Origin: Takakia lepidozioides
Lineage: Eukaryota; Plantae; Bryophyta
Direction: 5' to 3'
Length of the DNA: 64,000 nucleotides
Assembly: GCA_030704615.1 (NCBI GenBank)
Contig: CM060732.1
Span: 25,296,001 to 25,360,000 of the forward strand
The notes beneath the pieces are model-generated. The model saw nothing but the letters and a program-made list of their open reading frames with translations, did no database searches and was not told the origin of the DNA. Position 1 is the stretch's first letter. Every line of letters begins with the position of its first letter. Positions 13,161-26,211 of this stretch are shown piece after piece. Both the position numbers and the translations under genes were made by a program.

Positions 13161-16100
13161 AGACTGATGAGACTCCTCTACGTATCAACTGGGTTAAAGC
13201 TGTCATCACCCAAGTTGACATCATCTTGCAGCTCCATGTTTTCGGTAACAACACTCAAGAATTGTCTAATCCCGTTATCTGGTTGCCTGGAAAAGAACGA
13301 GAATATGGTGGGAAACGTGTTAGGGTTCTCCTGGTCCTCACCTTAAGCAGCCATACTACATGGTCAGTAGAGAGGCTGCCTTTAAAGCTAGAAGCCTCCA
13401 GGTTGCTCTGCTGATTTGGAAGACAAGTAGGCAGAAGCTAAAGGAGCAGCCACCTCACTGCTGAGCTATGGCTGCACGCAAGGTACTGACACTTTACTTT
13501 GAAGTGCTGCTCAGTATGGCAACCTAGGGTTGAATGCTTGCTGAGCTTCTATGTAAAGGCTAACCTCCCAACCAGCTAGGGTGGAGCACCCCTTCTTATC
13601 TATCTCAATGGCCTGGGATCCAATAGCCATAATTGCCATTGCCAACAAACAAAGACAAGCTTGGATAATCGCTTTGTCAAGCGCAAAAAATGAAATTTCC
13701 CCTATAAACGTGCCATATCCAATGAGGGCCTAAGAGTCAAAGGAGGGACGTCCACCAACCTGGCAGCCATAGTGCCCAATTAGTCTTTGGAAGTGCTTGC
13801 CTTGTCAGATGAAGCTGGTCCCTTCCCCTGGTAACGCTGCATCCCCACAACCCACTCTCCTGAGTATGAATAAGCAAGATCAAGACTGCAAATATTTTGA
13901 AGTCAGTTGTGAACATTTTACCATGTTTGCCAAGAAGGATTTATTACTTTCACAGAGGCCTAGACTGCTCACGGGTCACTAAACAATGAGAGACATGATC
14001 AGCACAAACCTGCAAGCCAATAATACTATCTTCAACCACCAATGACCGTTCTGGTGCCACTCCCAGTGCCTGCAATCAGACATTCTTAACACTCAGAAAA
14101 TTATGGATCCCCAACCTTACATATATTCATTTTGTGCCTAGTTGAATAAACACAGGGTGCTCCTTGTTGTAAAAGGATACATAAAGACAAGAGTATGTCA
14201 CTTTTATCTATCTTATCTATTAGGTGAGCAGTGTCCCAACAGGGCAATAAAGAAAATGTGATCCCAGATTTCAACTTTGTGGGTAAAAATATCAGTTTAG
14301 AAACATACTATGGCAGTTGCTATGTAAATGGATGGATCGGGCTTCTTCTTGTCCACGTCAACACCTGCCAGCTGTTAGTAAGACATGAAATAGGGTATGG
14401 GATTGTCATGGGTATGGAAGTAGTTGGTCCGAAAACTGAAGATGAGAGAGAGTCCAGTCTTTTAAATAGATGCATAGGGTTAAGTGCCCAGTTTTAACAG
14501 CCTAAAGCCCTGGCCTTGTTGAGATCTAATTATTGGGCAGCTCACACAAAGCAGATTGATGCTTGTGCGAAGGGCTTTCTATAGGAAATGTGGAAAGCCA
14601 AAATCAATTGTCTATACCAACGTAAGTCCCCCCTACTGCAGGGAACCCCTCACAAAGATGGTGTCTGTTCCCTCTTGTTCACCCAAACTGGGGCGGGTCT
14701 ATGGCCAAAGGCTACCGCAAACAACCTCTCATGAGGGCACTCCCTCCCTCTCTCTGATGTGCTAGCTCTGTCAGTGAAACAATGGAATTGTCCTCACATG
14801 AAGGTTCACTAGGAGGTTATACATGAGGACTGTACATGTCAAACATGGTATTCACTGGATTGGTGAGAGGTCTATTAACTGGGAGGTGTGGAGGAGATTA
14901 GGTGCTGCTGAGGCATGTTTAAGATTACCTCCAACTCCAGTTAGGTGTACAACCTCCAACTCTAGTTTTTCATTCACAATCAAATTCAACATTAGATAAA
15001 TGTGACTCTTTCCAGAAAATCAATGTGCCGAGGGTACTTTACCAACCAGACATATCTCTAATGGTCGTATTTGGGATGATGGTTTTACAGGTTTACTTCC
15101 AGTCATTCACTTCTTCTGACTGGAAGTACCCCACATCAGTTCCTACACCAGAAAGTTCAACTACTCCAGAGGTCTCCGGTGTAGTACAACCTTAGATGAG
15201 CCCTCTCGTAGCCTCTGTCTCCAAGCAGCATTTGAAGTCTTTGATGTGGTTTTCTTGTTGTCCATTTTTATTCCATAGGCCCCACATGAACATTACAAAG
15301 AGTTGTTTCGTCTATGTTATAAGCACACACACAACCTACTCACTTTGAATACTATGTGCAATCATCACAATGAATGCATGTAAGAGAATCTGATAGATGG
15401 AGAAAGACTCGAAAACTTGAAGGTTGAGGTGTTGGAAATACCGTGCCAAACAGATTAGTGAGACAGAATGCTACTGAGCTCTTTGTGGCAGCCGAACACA
15501 CTGCCAGCTTGAGTCCCTGCATTGCACGCTCACCAAACTCGTTGTCATCAGATTCTAACTGATCAGAGCAATCCAGCACTATGAAAAAAACACGAATGTG
15601 ATTGCCAGCGAGTAGATAAAGCCCTACAGGCACACGTTGGTAAATGTTTCGAGCTCACCACCGTTCTCCACCACCGTGTCTCCAGATGCTGGAGAAACAT
15701 TCTGAACAAGAGTTCATGGGGAACAAGGGAACAAACGAATGTCAAGCGAATGTCGGGAATTGAAAACGCCGATATCCGTCGAAGGTTCTCCCAAACGAAC
15801 CTCTAAACGTACAGTAGTTAACCCCCCCCCCCCCTACCCCCCATTACCCCCTATAGCCTCCGGTTAAGCATGCCGGACAGGCCCCCGACAGGGTTCGTAC
15901 CAACTCCGCTATGTGCGGCTCTAGTTAAAGAAACTCTGGCGGGTAGCACCCCATATTTGCTCCTTAACCCGGTAGGTGCGGCCTGGCCATTAGGCAGTTG
16001 TTCGTGTGCAGTTGTGAGGTCTTCACAGGCCTCATCACCCTAGCTCACTGTCCCGTCATAGGCTCAAATACCCCAGCCTGGCACACAATACTGCTGAGCC

Positions 16101-16162
16101 GCGGAGTAGAATGTTCCAGTGTTATATCATATCATCCACAGATTGAGAGATAATGTTATAAC

Positions 16163-17016
16163 CAGTTTTGTGCATGTCCGGGTTTTGACCCCGGGTACCT
16201 GGCGGGTTAGCATCCGGGTTACCGGACCCGCACCAGGACCTGTCCTATCCCCAAAAACCCAGACCCTGACCTGGTTTGATTTCTAAAATGAACCCGGAAC
16301 CGAACCCGGATCCGTCTGCTGGGTCCAGAACCGGGTAAACCCGCTACACGCGGACAAGTGGTCCGGGACTTAATTTCAGGTGGGGCATGCATTATATGTG
16401 GCAGGTTCTGTGATGTGTCGAGAAATAGGCCAGCAGCCTGCCAGCCCCCCACCAAGTTGTAGCCACATACCACCTCAAAAGTGGTTGTGGGTTCAATCCA
16501 CGGATTCATGCCACAAAGTTGTACCCTTCAGGTCCAGTGACACCATAATTTACACCTCCCAAAGGAGGCGACATATATTTTTATTATGAGGCTGGCTCCC
16601 ACACATCCGTGCTATAGTGATCTATAAGCCTTGAGACATATTACTATTGTTAACATGTTTCAGAATTAATATTGAAGAATGGAACTTTATTTTATTTAAT
16701 TCTTATGTTAAATGAGCAATACATATACATGATATTTTTTGAAGGAATATGTTCTAAAATTAAATTAAATATTAGGATTTAAATTTTTCAGCCAATATTA
16801 ATTTTATCGCTAATTAATCTTATTTTTTCTAGTTTTTTAATAAAACTGAACCCATGAACCCGTTAATATTTTCCAACCCTGACCCGAGTCCGTGCTGAGA
16901 CACCCAGACCCGATCCCAGATCCAGATTTTCCAAATTTCAAAAACCCGGATCTGGACCCGGACTAGGCTAAAAACAAATACCCCTACCCGGACCCGGCGC
17001 AACTCGCACAACACTG
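16163..17016. mobile_element. Non-autonomous hAT-type MITE
   Basis: TIR CAGTTTTGTGC / GCACAACACTG; perfect 8-bp TSD GTTATAAC (16155-16162, 17017-17024); many subterminal ACCCGG/CCGGGT motifs. Confidence 0.9.
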
Positions 17017-17618
17017 GTTATAACCTTGCAATGTTTATTACCACTTTTGTCCGGAAGCAATCCCACCTTTAATGCAGAGTAATTTATCATAGCAAAAAAA
17101 CTATCCTATTGAAGATCAACGAAACAAGAAAATAAAAATTAATTTGCACACTATATTCATGTCATGTTACAGATATTATACAAATCAACCAAACAACCTT
17201 CATTTAAAAACCAGTACCACAAATGTTCAGACAGCGTTCATAACGTCGTTGTCTTCACACATCATATTTCTATTAATCAAATTCTCGGGCCAGAAGGCAC
17301 AATTTGAATTTTCGGTTCGGTTCTTCAGAACAAAGAAATGAAAGCAGGGTGACTGTTGGTATTGTCCACAAAAGAGACAGGACAGATGTTCCCAGTGTGC
17401 GATACTAAACACAAGTCGCCACGACAAGCGTCTCCGTGCCCCATTCAATATACGAGGTGTCAGGTGTCTACCGTGCATGGTAGACAGACTTGGACTTGCA
17501 ACCAATCTTCTACATGGCTGCAAAATTTGAATACACTAGAAATACACATGTAGTAAGCTCTAACGTATGGTAACAGGTACAGTGCGCACTTCTTCAATTC
17601 CCCAAACAAGCTTTATTA

Positions 17619-19485
17619 TCACTCATGCTGCACTGGGGGCCTGCCCCTTTGGCCCCCACTCTGGGTGGCCTGCCGAAAGGTTTCCTGCATGTTCTTCAGC
17701 CCTTTGTCGTAATTCACAAAACCCATGAACCAGAACTCGTGGTTATCTTGTGTAATCACCTGAATGTACTTTTCAGCTGGCTTGCTCTGGTTCACTGAAG
17801 GGATGACTTCACGCACCTTCTCCAATGGGACTACCACCTGTTTTGGACAACAGAAACAGTGAGATAAGAGGCAGCATATGACTGTAGATACATACATCCT
17901 CCCCTCTTTTTAGAACATCCACCGTTCATACTAGGGAGAACATGCACATGCTACCTCAACATAAGACTGGGGAAGTGACTTGAAAAGAGGGGGGGAATGA
18001 GCAGTTGCAACCTTGTAGTAACTAAACGCTTGTTTGCCAGGAGCAGCTGCATAAGACAGAGGTAGGTCACTGCAAAATGCAAACTTTTCATTTGTAATGT
18101 ACAGTGTGCCAGCAACGGGACCAGTCGAAGTGGACAAGTAGCAAGCATATGTCTTGAGAAGCTGTTCACTGGGTGCCAGGCCAAATGTTTGTCTGTACAC
18201 TCCTTCGAACCCGCCTTCCGTCAGTAGTCTGGTTGCGTAAGTCATCCTTCCCCAGGCAGAGTCTGTCATAGAAGGCCCAGCTCGTACTGCGGTACAATCA
18301 ACCACCATGCTCGAGTGAGAAACATCGTTTCAACTTCTCTCTACCAAGAATAAAAAGCACCAGCCCTCAAGCATTCTAGCCGGCGAACCGTAACACCCGC
18401 GCGGAGAGACAGACGCAAAAGTGAAGTTGCTCATGGGGCGTGGACAATGCCCATATTAGGACGTACAAGACAACTTCAACAAACGGAACGGACTAAAGGG
18501 AAGGCAGTACATGCACTCTTCAAAACATAAGGTTTGGCCAAGTGGCGACATTCTACAGCATAATTAGATAGCTATAGAAAGCCATGCGGAGATAAATTTT
18601 GTTGGATTTGTTGTCCTCGGAAAGAGCTTAACTCTTCGAAGAAGACGGGAGCTAAATTTTGCAGGCAGAGAGAGGAGGCAAAGGGCGAGAACTTACAGTG
18701 GCCCCAGACATTTCCAGCCGTATGCATACAGTTGGTCAAGCTTTCAACTATGTGATCTTTGGGACCTGTGCACACAAAGTAAGTGAGTATTCACAAAGTT
18801 CAACAGAAGGCCCAAACAATTTCCGCAGGATCAATGCATCCCATCAGAAGGCACGGCTCCAGCGATGTCCAATTGATGCACCATGTACGTCAATGTCAAC
18901 TCTAGTGCACAACTGAGGGAGGGAAGAGATTAATCGGGGTCACTCACTCTTTCCAGAGTCCTCTGCGGTCTGCACATACGGACTTCCTGGCTGCTGGCCA
19001 AGATTGCTGGTCGGCTGACTTGCTGTCTGCTGGTTCGACGCAGCGCCTGCTCCGGCAGCAGATACACCAGGGCCAGAGAACCCCTTATCAGCCTTGCTCC
19101 CGTTGGTAGCATCATAGGCGCCGCTAGCTTGCCTCCTCAACCCTCCTAAACCAGCTCCGTTACCGCCGACTTTGCTATACGGACTACTTGGCTGCCTGCC
19201 CAAACCAGAGGGCGGGGCAACAGAGCCAGTCTGCTGTTCATTGGCACGCAAGATACTCTCATACTCCGGTGCTCCATGAGCGGGCTGAGATGCGGCCTGC
19301 CGGTTATCGGGATGCGAATTGGGATTAGCAGGCTCTCCCATAACTGGAGCTCCAAAACCCTGGTGCACGGGCGTTGAACTCTGCTGTTGATCGCTGATAT
19401 TTGGGTACGACACAAAATCACTCGAACGTGGACTAGGCTGCCCAGCGTTGCCTGCGGCCTGCGGCTGATCAGTGCTGTAGTTCAT
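17619..19485 (-). CDS. GRAM-domain protein, GEM-like / ABA-responsive family; exons 19485-18948, 18765-18697, 18286-18012, 17837-17619
   Basis: GT-AG junctions keep the frame; GNVWGHLRAGPSMTDSAWGR...EQLLKTYACYLSTSTGPVAGTLY...YYKVVVPL...EKYIQVITQDNHEFWFMGFVNYDK is the plant GEM/GRAM signature. Confidence 0.93.
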
Positions 19486-19660
19486 GGTCTCCTCAGATCC
19501 TTCTCAGACTCTTGACTATGTGTGAATAAAAATGGCGTCTGTCTCCCTCCCCTGCGGACTCCGTGAGATTGACTCTTTCGTTCTAAAGGTATTCTCAAGC
19601 TGCAGTTTGTTCGGATCTACAAAAGCTTCTTCGATCTGGAAGAAGGAATCAAGCGCAATG

Positions 19661-19817
19661 CATATATAGAGACATGATATACCACAATCGAAGTGCAGTG
19701 ATCTCGTAGGGATGCAGCGCGTACACAAGTGCGAAACCGACCGCGCAGTGTGGGGTTGAAGGCAGCACGTGCCACCTTCTCTACTCCTGCATTGCGCCGC
19801 GTGCTAGACACGTGTCT
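19661..19817 (-). promoter_or_regulatory. TATA box plus G-box/ABRE motifs upstream of the GRAM gene
   Basis: TCTATATATG (19661-19670 on -), GCACGTGC (19765-19772), 12-bp palindrome AGACACGTGTCT (19806-19817). Confidence 0.6.
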
Positions 19818-20048
19818 TTTAGGGTCGGTGACAGCACATCATTGCCACGCTGCTTGCGCCGTCTCCCAAATCCCTCTCACTACTCACTATTCACCGACGC
19901 TCGATATCTTAGGCCCAACCCAAGCTGCGCGACGGTTATGGCAGGTGCGAGGCCCGTTCCACGGCGTAATGAGTTGCGCTAGTCAGGTTCTCATTGGCTG
20001 TAGGTCGTAATGGGCTTGTAGACAGAGTCTACTCGCCCGTTACATAAT

Positions 20049-20124
20049 AGGGAACGGGATTTCTAGGTTCGATGCCCAGCTCACCTCGAACCTGCTGTAA
20101 TAGTCCCTAGAAATCCCGTTCCCT
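20049..20124. repeat. Perfect 19-bp inverted repeat (hairpin or tiny MITE)
   Basis: AGGGAACGGGATTTCTAGG (20049-20067) / CCTAGAAATCCCGTTCCCT (20106-20124). Confidence 0.85.
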
Positions 20125-20126
20125 TG

Positions 20127-22560
20127 CATAAAAGATTAGGGCTAAATATGGGAACATGTTCTCCTCCAGTCCACCTGACGTTTGAGTGGATGCACGGTAC
20201 GAGACATTTCTAGGCCTAGTTTTTAGATGTTTCTCGTACTTGTTTCTAAACAATGGTGATTATAGCGCAAATGGATGCATGTCTCGGACGTCTCTGGACT
20301 TAGTTTCTAGATGTTTCTTGTACTAGGTACAGTGAGGATGATGACGCGTGGTTCTTTGCTTTTATTTCATGTTGTGTTCAAGGTGATCTTTCATATGCTA
20401 TGTTGATATTTTTCGGTGGAAGATTCACATTCAGTAGTTGAGAGCCAGAGCAATGCTTACTTGCATTCATGTCCGTCTTTTGAGTTAGGACTCAATTCTG
20501 AAGATGTAGAAATGCTTATCGAATCACCTCATGGACCTGAGTTAACTGAGAGAGATCCGAATGTCATATACATGAGCAATACTGCAATTCTTGAGGACAA
20601 TGAGGATTTCGTTAAATTGGCTTCCGGCTTCCAGGACATTGATCAGAACAAGTGGGATACTGTACTGGCAGGTGGTGAAAGAAATTCTTATTATATGGAT
20701 ATGTGGGAGAGAAAGCAGTTTGATGCCTGGCGGATTTTCAAAAAACTTTCGATTCAAGAATCGTTGGAGGACATGTTCGAGCGAGATATCAAAGAACTGG
20801 TACATTTACTTGTTGAATTCAGGTAAAGAAGAAGTCTGGACAGTATTATCTTCCTAAATGTAAGTTTCAATTTTAACGTGATTTCAATAGTTTCAATCGA
20901 TTCCATCATTGTGATCTTTGTCAGAGAACTAATCTATAATTTTTATATGTAGGATTGTCTCATTGTACATAGGGATTGGGAGATGCATCAAAGCTTGGCT
21001 CGAAATGCAACAAGTGGCCAGTGGACAAGTTGAGATTCCCTTCAATATTCTCACAGATTGCCGCTTCAAGAAGTACTCCCTCTGTGTGAAGACTGTGATT
21101 AGCAGTTTTAACATCGCAGGGGTAGGTGTGAAACGGAAACATGTTCCGATGATCATGAGCTTACCTGATGAAGTTGCCTTACTAGCTAATTTAACTACTT
21201 GCATGAGTGATCCCTTAGGTTGTTCTTGAGATTTGGATTTTTCTGTAAACGAAATTTCTTTGTACGTGCACAACAAGAGCTCTATGATTTGATGGATTCT
21301 GACTTTGCACTGGGACATGATGACTATGGTTCATTCGTGAGATTCTATCCAAGGCAAAGTAAGAACTGAAAAATTGATATTAACACTACTCAACCTGAAA
21401 AGAGAAGGAAGTCTCCTACCTGCTACATTGAGGATGTGGTTGATACTTTCACTATATTTCTTTCGCACCGCCCTATCTGGAAGATGATGGTTAGGACCTC
21501 ATCCCCTGTTTATGAGGGCAATCAATGGTAATTCAAAAGATCCAAGTGTATGGTACGCGCGAATGCGTGTGGGCCTAAAGATACTTGGTCAGTGGATGAA
21601 TAAGATGGTGATTATTGTGCTTCTATTGCTGGAGCTGAACATTACACAAACAAAGTAGCACGGGTGACTAGCATCAATTGGTTGAACCGTATGAATGTCC
21701 CAATTGAAGTGGCAATGCGCTCTACAGGTCATCGGTCGAGAGAAGCATACATGAAGTACGATCGTGATAATCAGCTAGGCACTATGGAACGAGCTGTTCA
21801 AAATGTGCTATCAGCAGTGCCTGGATCTGGTGTTGATGTTTCATGATAAGAAAGTCTTTGTAGATAACAGGCCAAAACTGATTTAATTCAGGCGAATTTC
21901 TACTCTATATTTTTCATCGTCTTTGTTATTTGGCAATATTCATTATTATTGCAGGGTTGCCATGCTTATGGTACTTCTGGATTTGCATCAAGCTCAATTT
22001 CTACATCTGACAATAATGAACACCAGCAACTCGTTCAATTTCAGTTGCCACAGAAGGTTGGAGATGAGCAAGCTCTCGATGACATCGACTAGAACGACCC
22101 CCACGTTCTTGCAAGCATCGGCAATCACATTGACAAGCATTTGACTACAAAGACATGAGCAATGGCAAATCTACTCATCTGGCACTTTCGATAATTGTGT
22201 AGTATGAATTTCAATGTTACTAATCTTTCGACTATTGCCAGTGTACTCAAGCCTCCTTCAAGTGCAGAGTCAAGATTTCAATGACCATTGAATCTAGTGT
22301 AACACAAGACAATGTTGTATTACTAGTTTAGGTGGTGATAAAGCTCAAGATAGCTCAGATCTATGCCTGATCTATGTTTTGTGATTTTTGGAAATATTTT
22401 TCTCCACACTTCACTAATAAAACTCAAAAACTGTAGAATTTCACAGTCATATTCCAGATTCGGAGTAGGTCAATAGAATCATAAAGCTGATTTACGATGC
22501 AATTCCATCAAATAATCAACATCTAAGCAATGAAGGAATATTTAGCCCTAATCTTTTATG
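20127..22560 (+). mobile_element. Crypton-like tyrosine-recombinase element bounded by 23-bp inverted repeats
   Basis: CATAAAAGATTAGGGCTAAATAT (20127-20149) is the exact reverse complement of 22538-22560; encloses YR remnants. Confidence 0.75.
20416..21846 (+). pseudogene. Tyrosine recombinase (Crypton/DUF3504-like), disrupted by stops
   Basis: WYARMRVGLKILGQWM; YTNKVARVTSINWL...AMRSTGHRSREAYMKYDR matches the YR catalytic (H)xxR...GH...Y pattern. Confidence 0.75.
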
Positions 22561-24871
22561 ACAATGGATAAATCATCGAGCGGGTAGAGGACGTGGCCCG
22601 CCAATACCGCGGGCCACATAAAGGGGATGTAGGCATGTTATAGCAAAACAGGGGAGCCTAGGCCTGGTCTGTCGGTGGAAACGTCCTTGGACATGGGCAA
22701 AACTGTATGGATATGATCCAAGAAATTCTTCCCTCTCATTTTTCTTTTTTTGGGAAAAACAAAATGCATGTTGGCCTGCCCACAAGAAGCAATACTTTAT
22801 CGTCTAGAAAGTATGCTGAAAAACAAGTAAAAACACCATTTTAAGTAAATATGGACAAAAGGATGAAATCTGGACATCTGTTAAATAATTATAAATAATT
22901 AATAAATATGGAAAAAAAAACTATATTCAGTATTAACAATGCATTAAAGCTTACAATTTTGGATTTTCCAGGATTGGTCCGAAAAGTAGCATCGTCCTTT
23001 GCAAAATAACTGACAAGCAAGACACCTATGTTGAATTTGAGGATATCGCTCGTGAGTATATTCACGGAGGGGAGATCTCCCGTGCACTCGATAGGTAGTT
23101 TCTCGCAACTTACGCGAAACGAATCATTCGATTACTACATGATGGTTTAGGGGAGAGAAGATGAGAGGAGCTTTCCCGTGAAAACGTTACAAATTTATGT
23201 CAATATCATATACGGAACAAAGTAAGAGCTTTAAAACCACAATGGGTCCTGACTCAAAATTATTGGTAGAAACATGGAATAATGTTTTTGAATTATTGAA
23301 ACTTAAGGGATATAATTTTTTTTGTCACATTGAGGACATGAAATAACAAACGGAATGCATTGAACCGTCAAATACAAGGTCAGATACCATGTCAAATACA
23401 ATTTCAAGTACCATGTCAGCTTGCTACTAGTGCTTTCAGACCTCCCCCCACCAGGGGAGATCTCCCATGCTCAATACGAGAAGCGTCGAGCCGTCAAATT
23501 AAAAGAAAGTAAGATCTAGAAAATTCACAGGAATTGGTAATCCAGAAATTAAAACTGTCCGGTAAGACAACAGTTATTTGTCACCCTCCGAATACCAAAT
23601 AAGAATCCAGTAAATGCCGAACAGACGTCGAGACATAGCAGAGGAGACCTCCCGTGCCACAACAGAAATCAATAGCACAATCGCGAAAATACAGTTTAGA
23701 ACGTCGGCGTCATAAGGCGTTGCCGTTAATATCGGAGTAGTGAAAGATATTCCGCAAGGGAAGATATGAAGGTTTTGGACCAGACAAAATCCTCATCATC
23801 TTCAGAAAATGAAAACATTTGCAAATCCTTACTATATTCTACAATGAGCTCTAAGAAAAATATAATAATCATGATCGGAAATAGTCAAGTCACTGTAGCA
23901 CGGGATATCTTTCGAGCACTATGTGTAAGGGAGAAAACCATCAACCACCATGGGAAATGAGCCGTCCGACATACAAAATGCGTAGAACCATTAGATGGAA
24001 ACAAAGTAAAATGTACAACCATTCACATCCACTGGCCATTCAAAAATTCAAAATTTTGGAGATCAGAACAAAAGCTATTTGTCCACAGATCAAAAAAGAA
24101 TCCAGTAAGTAATATTAAAAAAACAACGAGACATACCACGGTTACACCTGAAAATCAATAACAACATCGTGATGATACAATTTACAAGGTCAGATTAAGA
24201 AGGGGCTGCCGTTGAAATAGATATATAAAAGGACAGTCCGCTAGGAAAGAAAATACGATATTTGGACCCCGGCATATGCTTATCAGATAACGAACCAAAT
24301 TGGGACTCATAACTATATTATTCAATGAGCACTATGGTGAATGAGAATATTAATCATGTCAGTCTGCAATAGTCAAGAATTTGTAGCACGGGAGATCTCC
24401 CTTGCTATGTGCGTAAAATACAATCAACCAGTCCTCGGAAATCAACCTTGTGTTGACACAAGGTTGATTTCAAGTTCTCCGAAATTAACCTCGTGTTGTT
24501 GTCATCCATGATTCATTCATCCATCTTTTGTCATCCTGCATTCATCCTACATTCATCCATTCCACATAGTCATTCATCCTTAAGAATTTGGCCGCACATT
24601 CCTCTCAAATTTTCATGCATGGAACTCGACGTCTTAGGTCCCAGGCATCATGTGTTACCCTCCGTTCCACTCAACATTGCCCCCACGACAATAGGTCTTG
24701 CTTTTCCCACGGCTATAGGCTCTGCTTCTCTTATGTGCTCACGCTTAGAAATCTGCTCACGCTGAACGAAGTCTGCTTACGCTTAGTGCGCTAAGCATGA
24801 TCGCGCTCACTCGATAGCTTCCCTCCGAAAAAAGAGTTCTGCATTGGATGATTGAATTTTTCTCTTGAGTC

Positions 24872-25868
24872 TCAAAATGTGGGCTTCTCGAGAGCGCGAA
24901 GACAACAAGCCAATGAGCTGATTGTCAAGTTAGGATCACTTGGCCAGAACTCGTTCGTGAACTGAGCATAAGCACCGTCACCATGGCCATGAGTCACCAT
25001 ACATGTTAGGGATATAAGTAGCTGACCAAGACCAGATGTCATCTTGTTTGTTACGAGGAGCCGGGGCAACGCAGTCTTCGAATGATCCATCTTATTGTGT
25101 ATAATACACATAAACTCCTCACCCATCATCGTTGATTCATTTCGCCAACTATGATAAAGCTTGCGACATGACTCTTGATGCTTCAAATGTCTCTCAAATT
25201 TCCTTTTGTTCTTTCTCTGCACCTCAGTTCCGCTGACTGACTTCTGGATAAGATCTTTAAACATCTCACAATCTGTGCATTTCGCGAATTTTCCACCAGG
25301 TTTTCGAACCTCAACATTCCCAAAAAGTTTTGTTCGAATTCGGCTAATTCCAGACTTCAGCAATGCCTTCAAGCCCATTCGTTTGTTCGCTTGATCCAAT
25401 AGTCAACAATATATAGAGTTGGTATCATATTTAGGACGGGAGACCTCCCGTGGACATTGAAATTGAGATCGAATTTCCAATATCTAAATCCAAGAGCTAT
25501 GAAAATTTGATATATGCATAAAGAACGAGAGACACAAAATTTCGTTCTTAAAATATAGATGGACAGATTCGCTCGGAACGATCCATCAATGGACTATCGG
25601 TTAATATTCTGACGATTTGATATCGACTATTAGTACACGTAGCAGAATGATTACGGGAGGTCTCCCGTGACATACGCTCCTTGAAAGTAGAAAAAATATT
25701 TATAGAGGCAGATCCGGATTAGGTTGGAAAGCAGTATTCTACCTCATTCGACTGTCGGTTTAGCTCCTTCCAATTCATCTCCACCGGCAGCAACTTCAAA
25801 ACATCTTGCCTTCCTTCTCCGATACCCCTCATTTTATGAGGCATGAGGTCACTGTTTCTGGAAATCAG
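24872..25868 (-). pseudogene. Transposase-like gene, 3' part (Sola-like/DUF7869-like, tentative), with intron ~25391-25742
   Basis: FAKCTDC...HLKHQESCRKLY...IIHNKMDHSKTALP...HGHGDG...WPSDPNLTI; joins in frame (LLSL|ISRNSDLMPH) with the 36532+ part once the LTR element is removed. Confidence 0.6.
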
Positions 25869-26195
25869 TGTCAAGTTATTTTACCACTAGTGTGAAACTA
25901 GCTAGGAAATAGCTAGCTTTTACATATTGACATTTGGGATTGGCCCAAGTGTCAATCCAGGGGTCAAGGCAGATTTAGGCCCTGGAGTGGTTATCTTCAC
26001 GGCAAGCGCGGGAGGCTCATCTTTCTCGAGTTGAGCCTCACCGCGCCTAGCTATGGCGCCGTAGTGTGGATTCCCCATGGCGTGGGGTGCACTTGGCTTG
26101 ACTTGTATTTGAGTGATGAGGTTATACATGCATGAGTTTATGCTTCAGCTTTGTGAGCTCGCATGAGCTTGTGCTTGTATTCTTCCTCTTTATCA
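25869..26195 (+). repeat. Repeat A1 (327 bp, 5' partial LTR)
   Basis: Matches A2 (36016-36342) with 2 C/T differences seen; ends TATCA. Confidence 0.95.
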
Positions 26196-26211
26196 CTCGA
26201 GAAAGATGAGC
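26195..26211 (+). promoter_or_regulatory. Putative self-priming PBS
   Basis: ACTCGAGAAAGATGAGC is the exact reverse complement of 26015-26031 inside A1; no tRNA-type TGG PBS follows A1. Confidence 0.65.

Larger units (their letters stand above)
4180..15989. mobile_element. PIF/Harbinger DNA transposon (degenerate, ~11.8 kb)
   Basis: 31-bp TIRs GGGCCGGGCCGCACCTACCGGGTTAAGGAGC (4180-4210) and its inverse at 15959-15989 (2 mismatches); TTA TSD on both sides; internal transposase and Myb/SANT remnants in convergent orientation. Confidence 0.9.
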
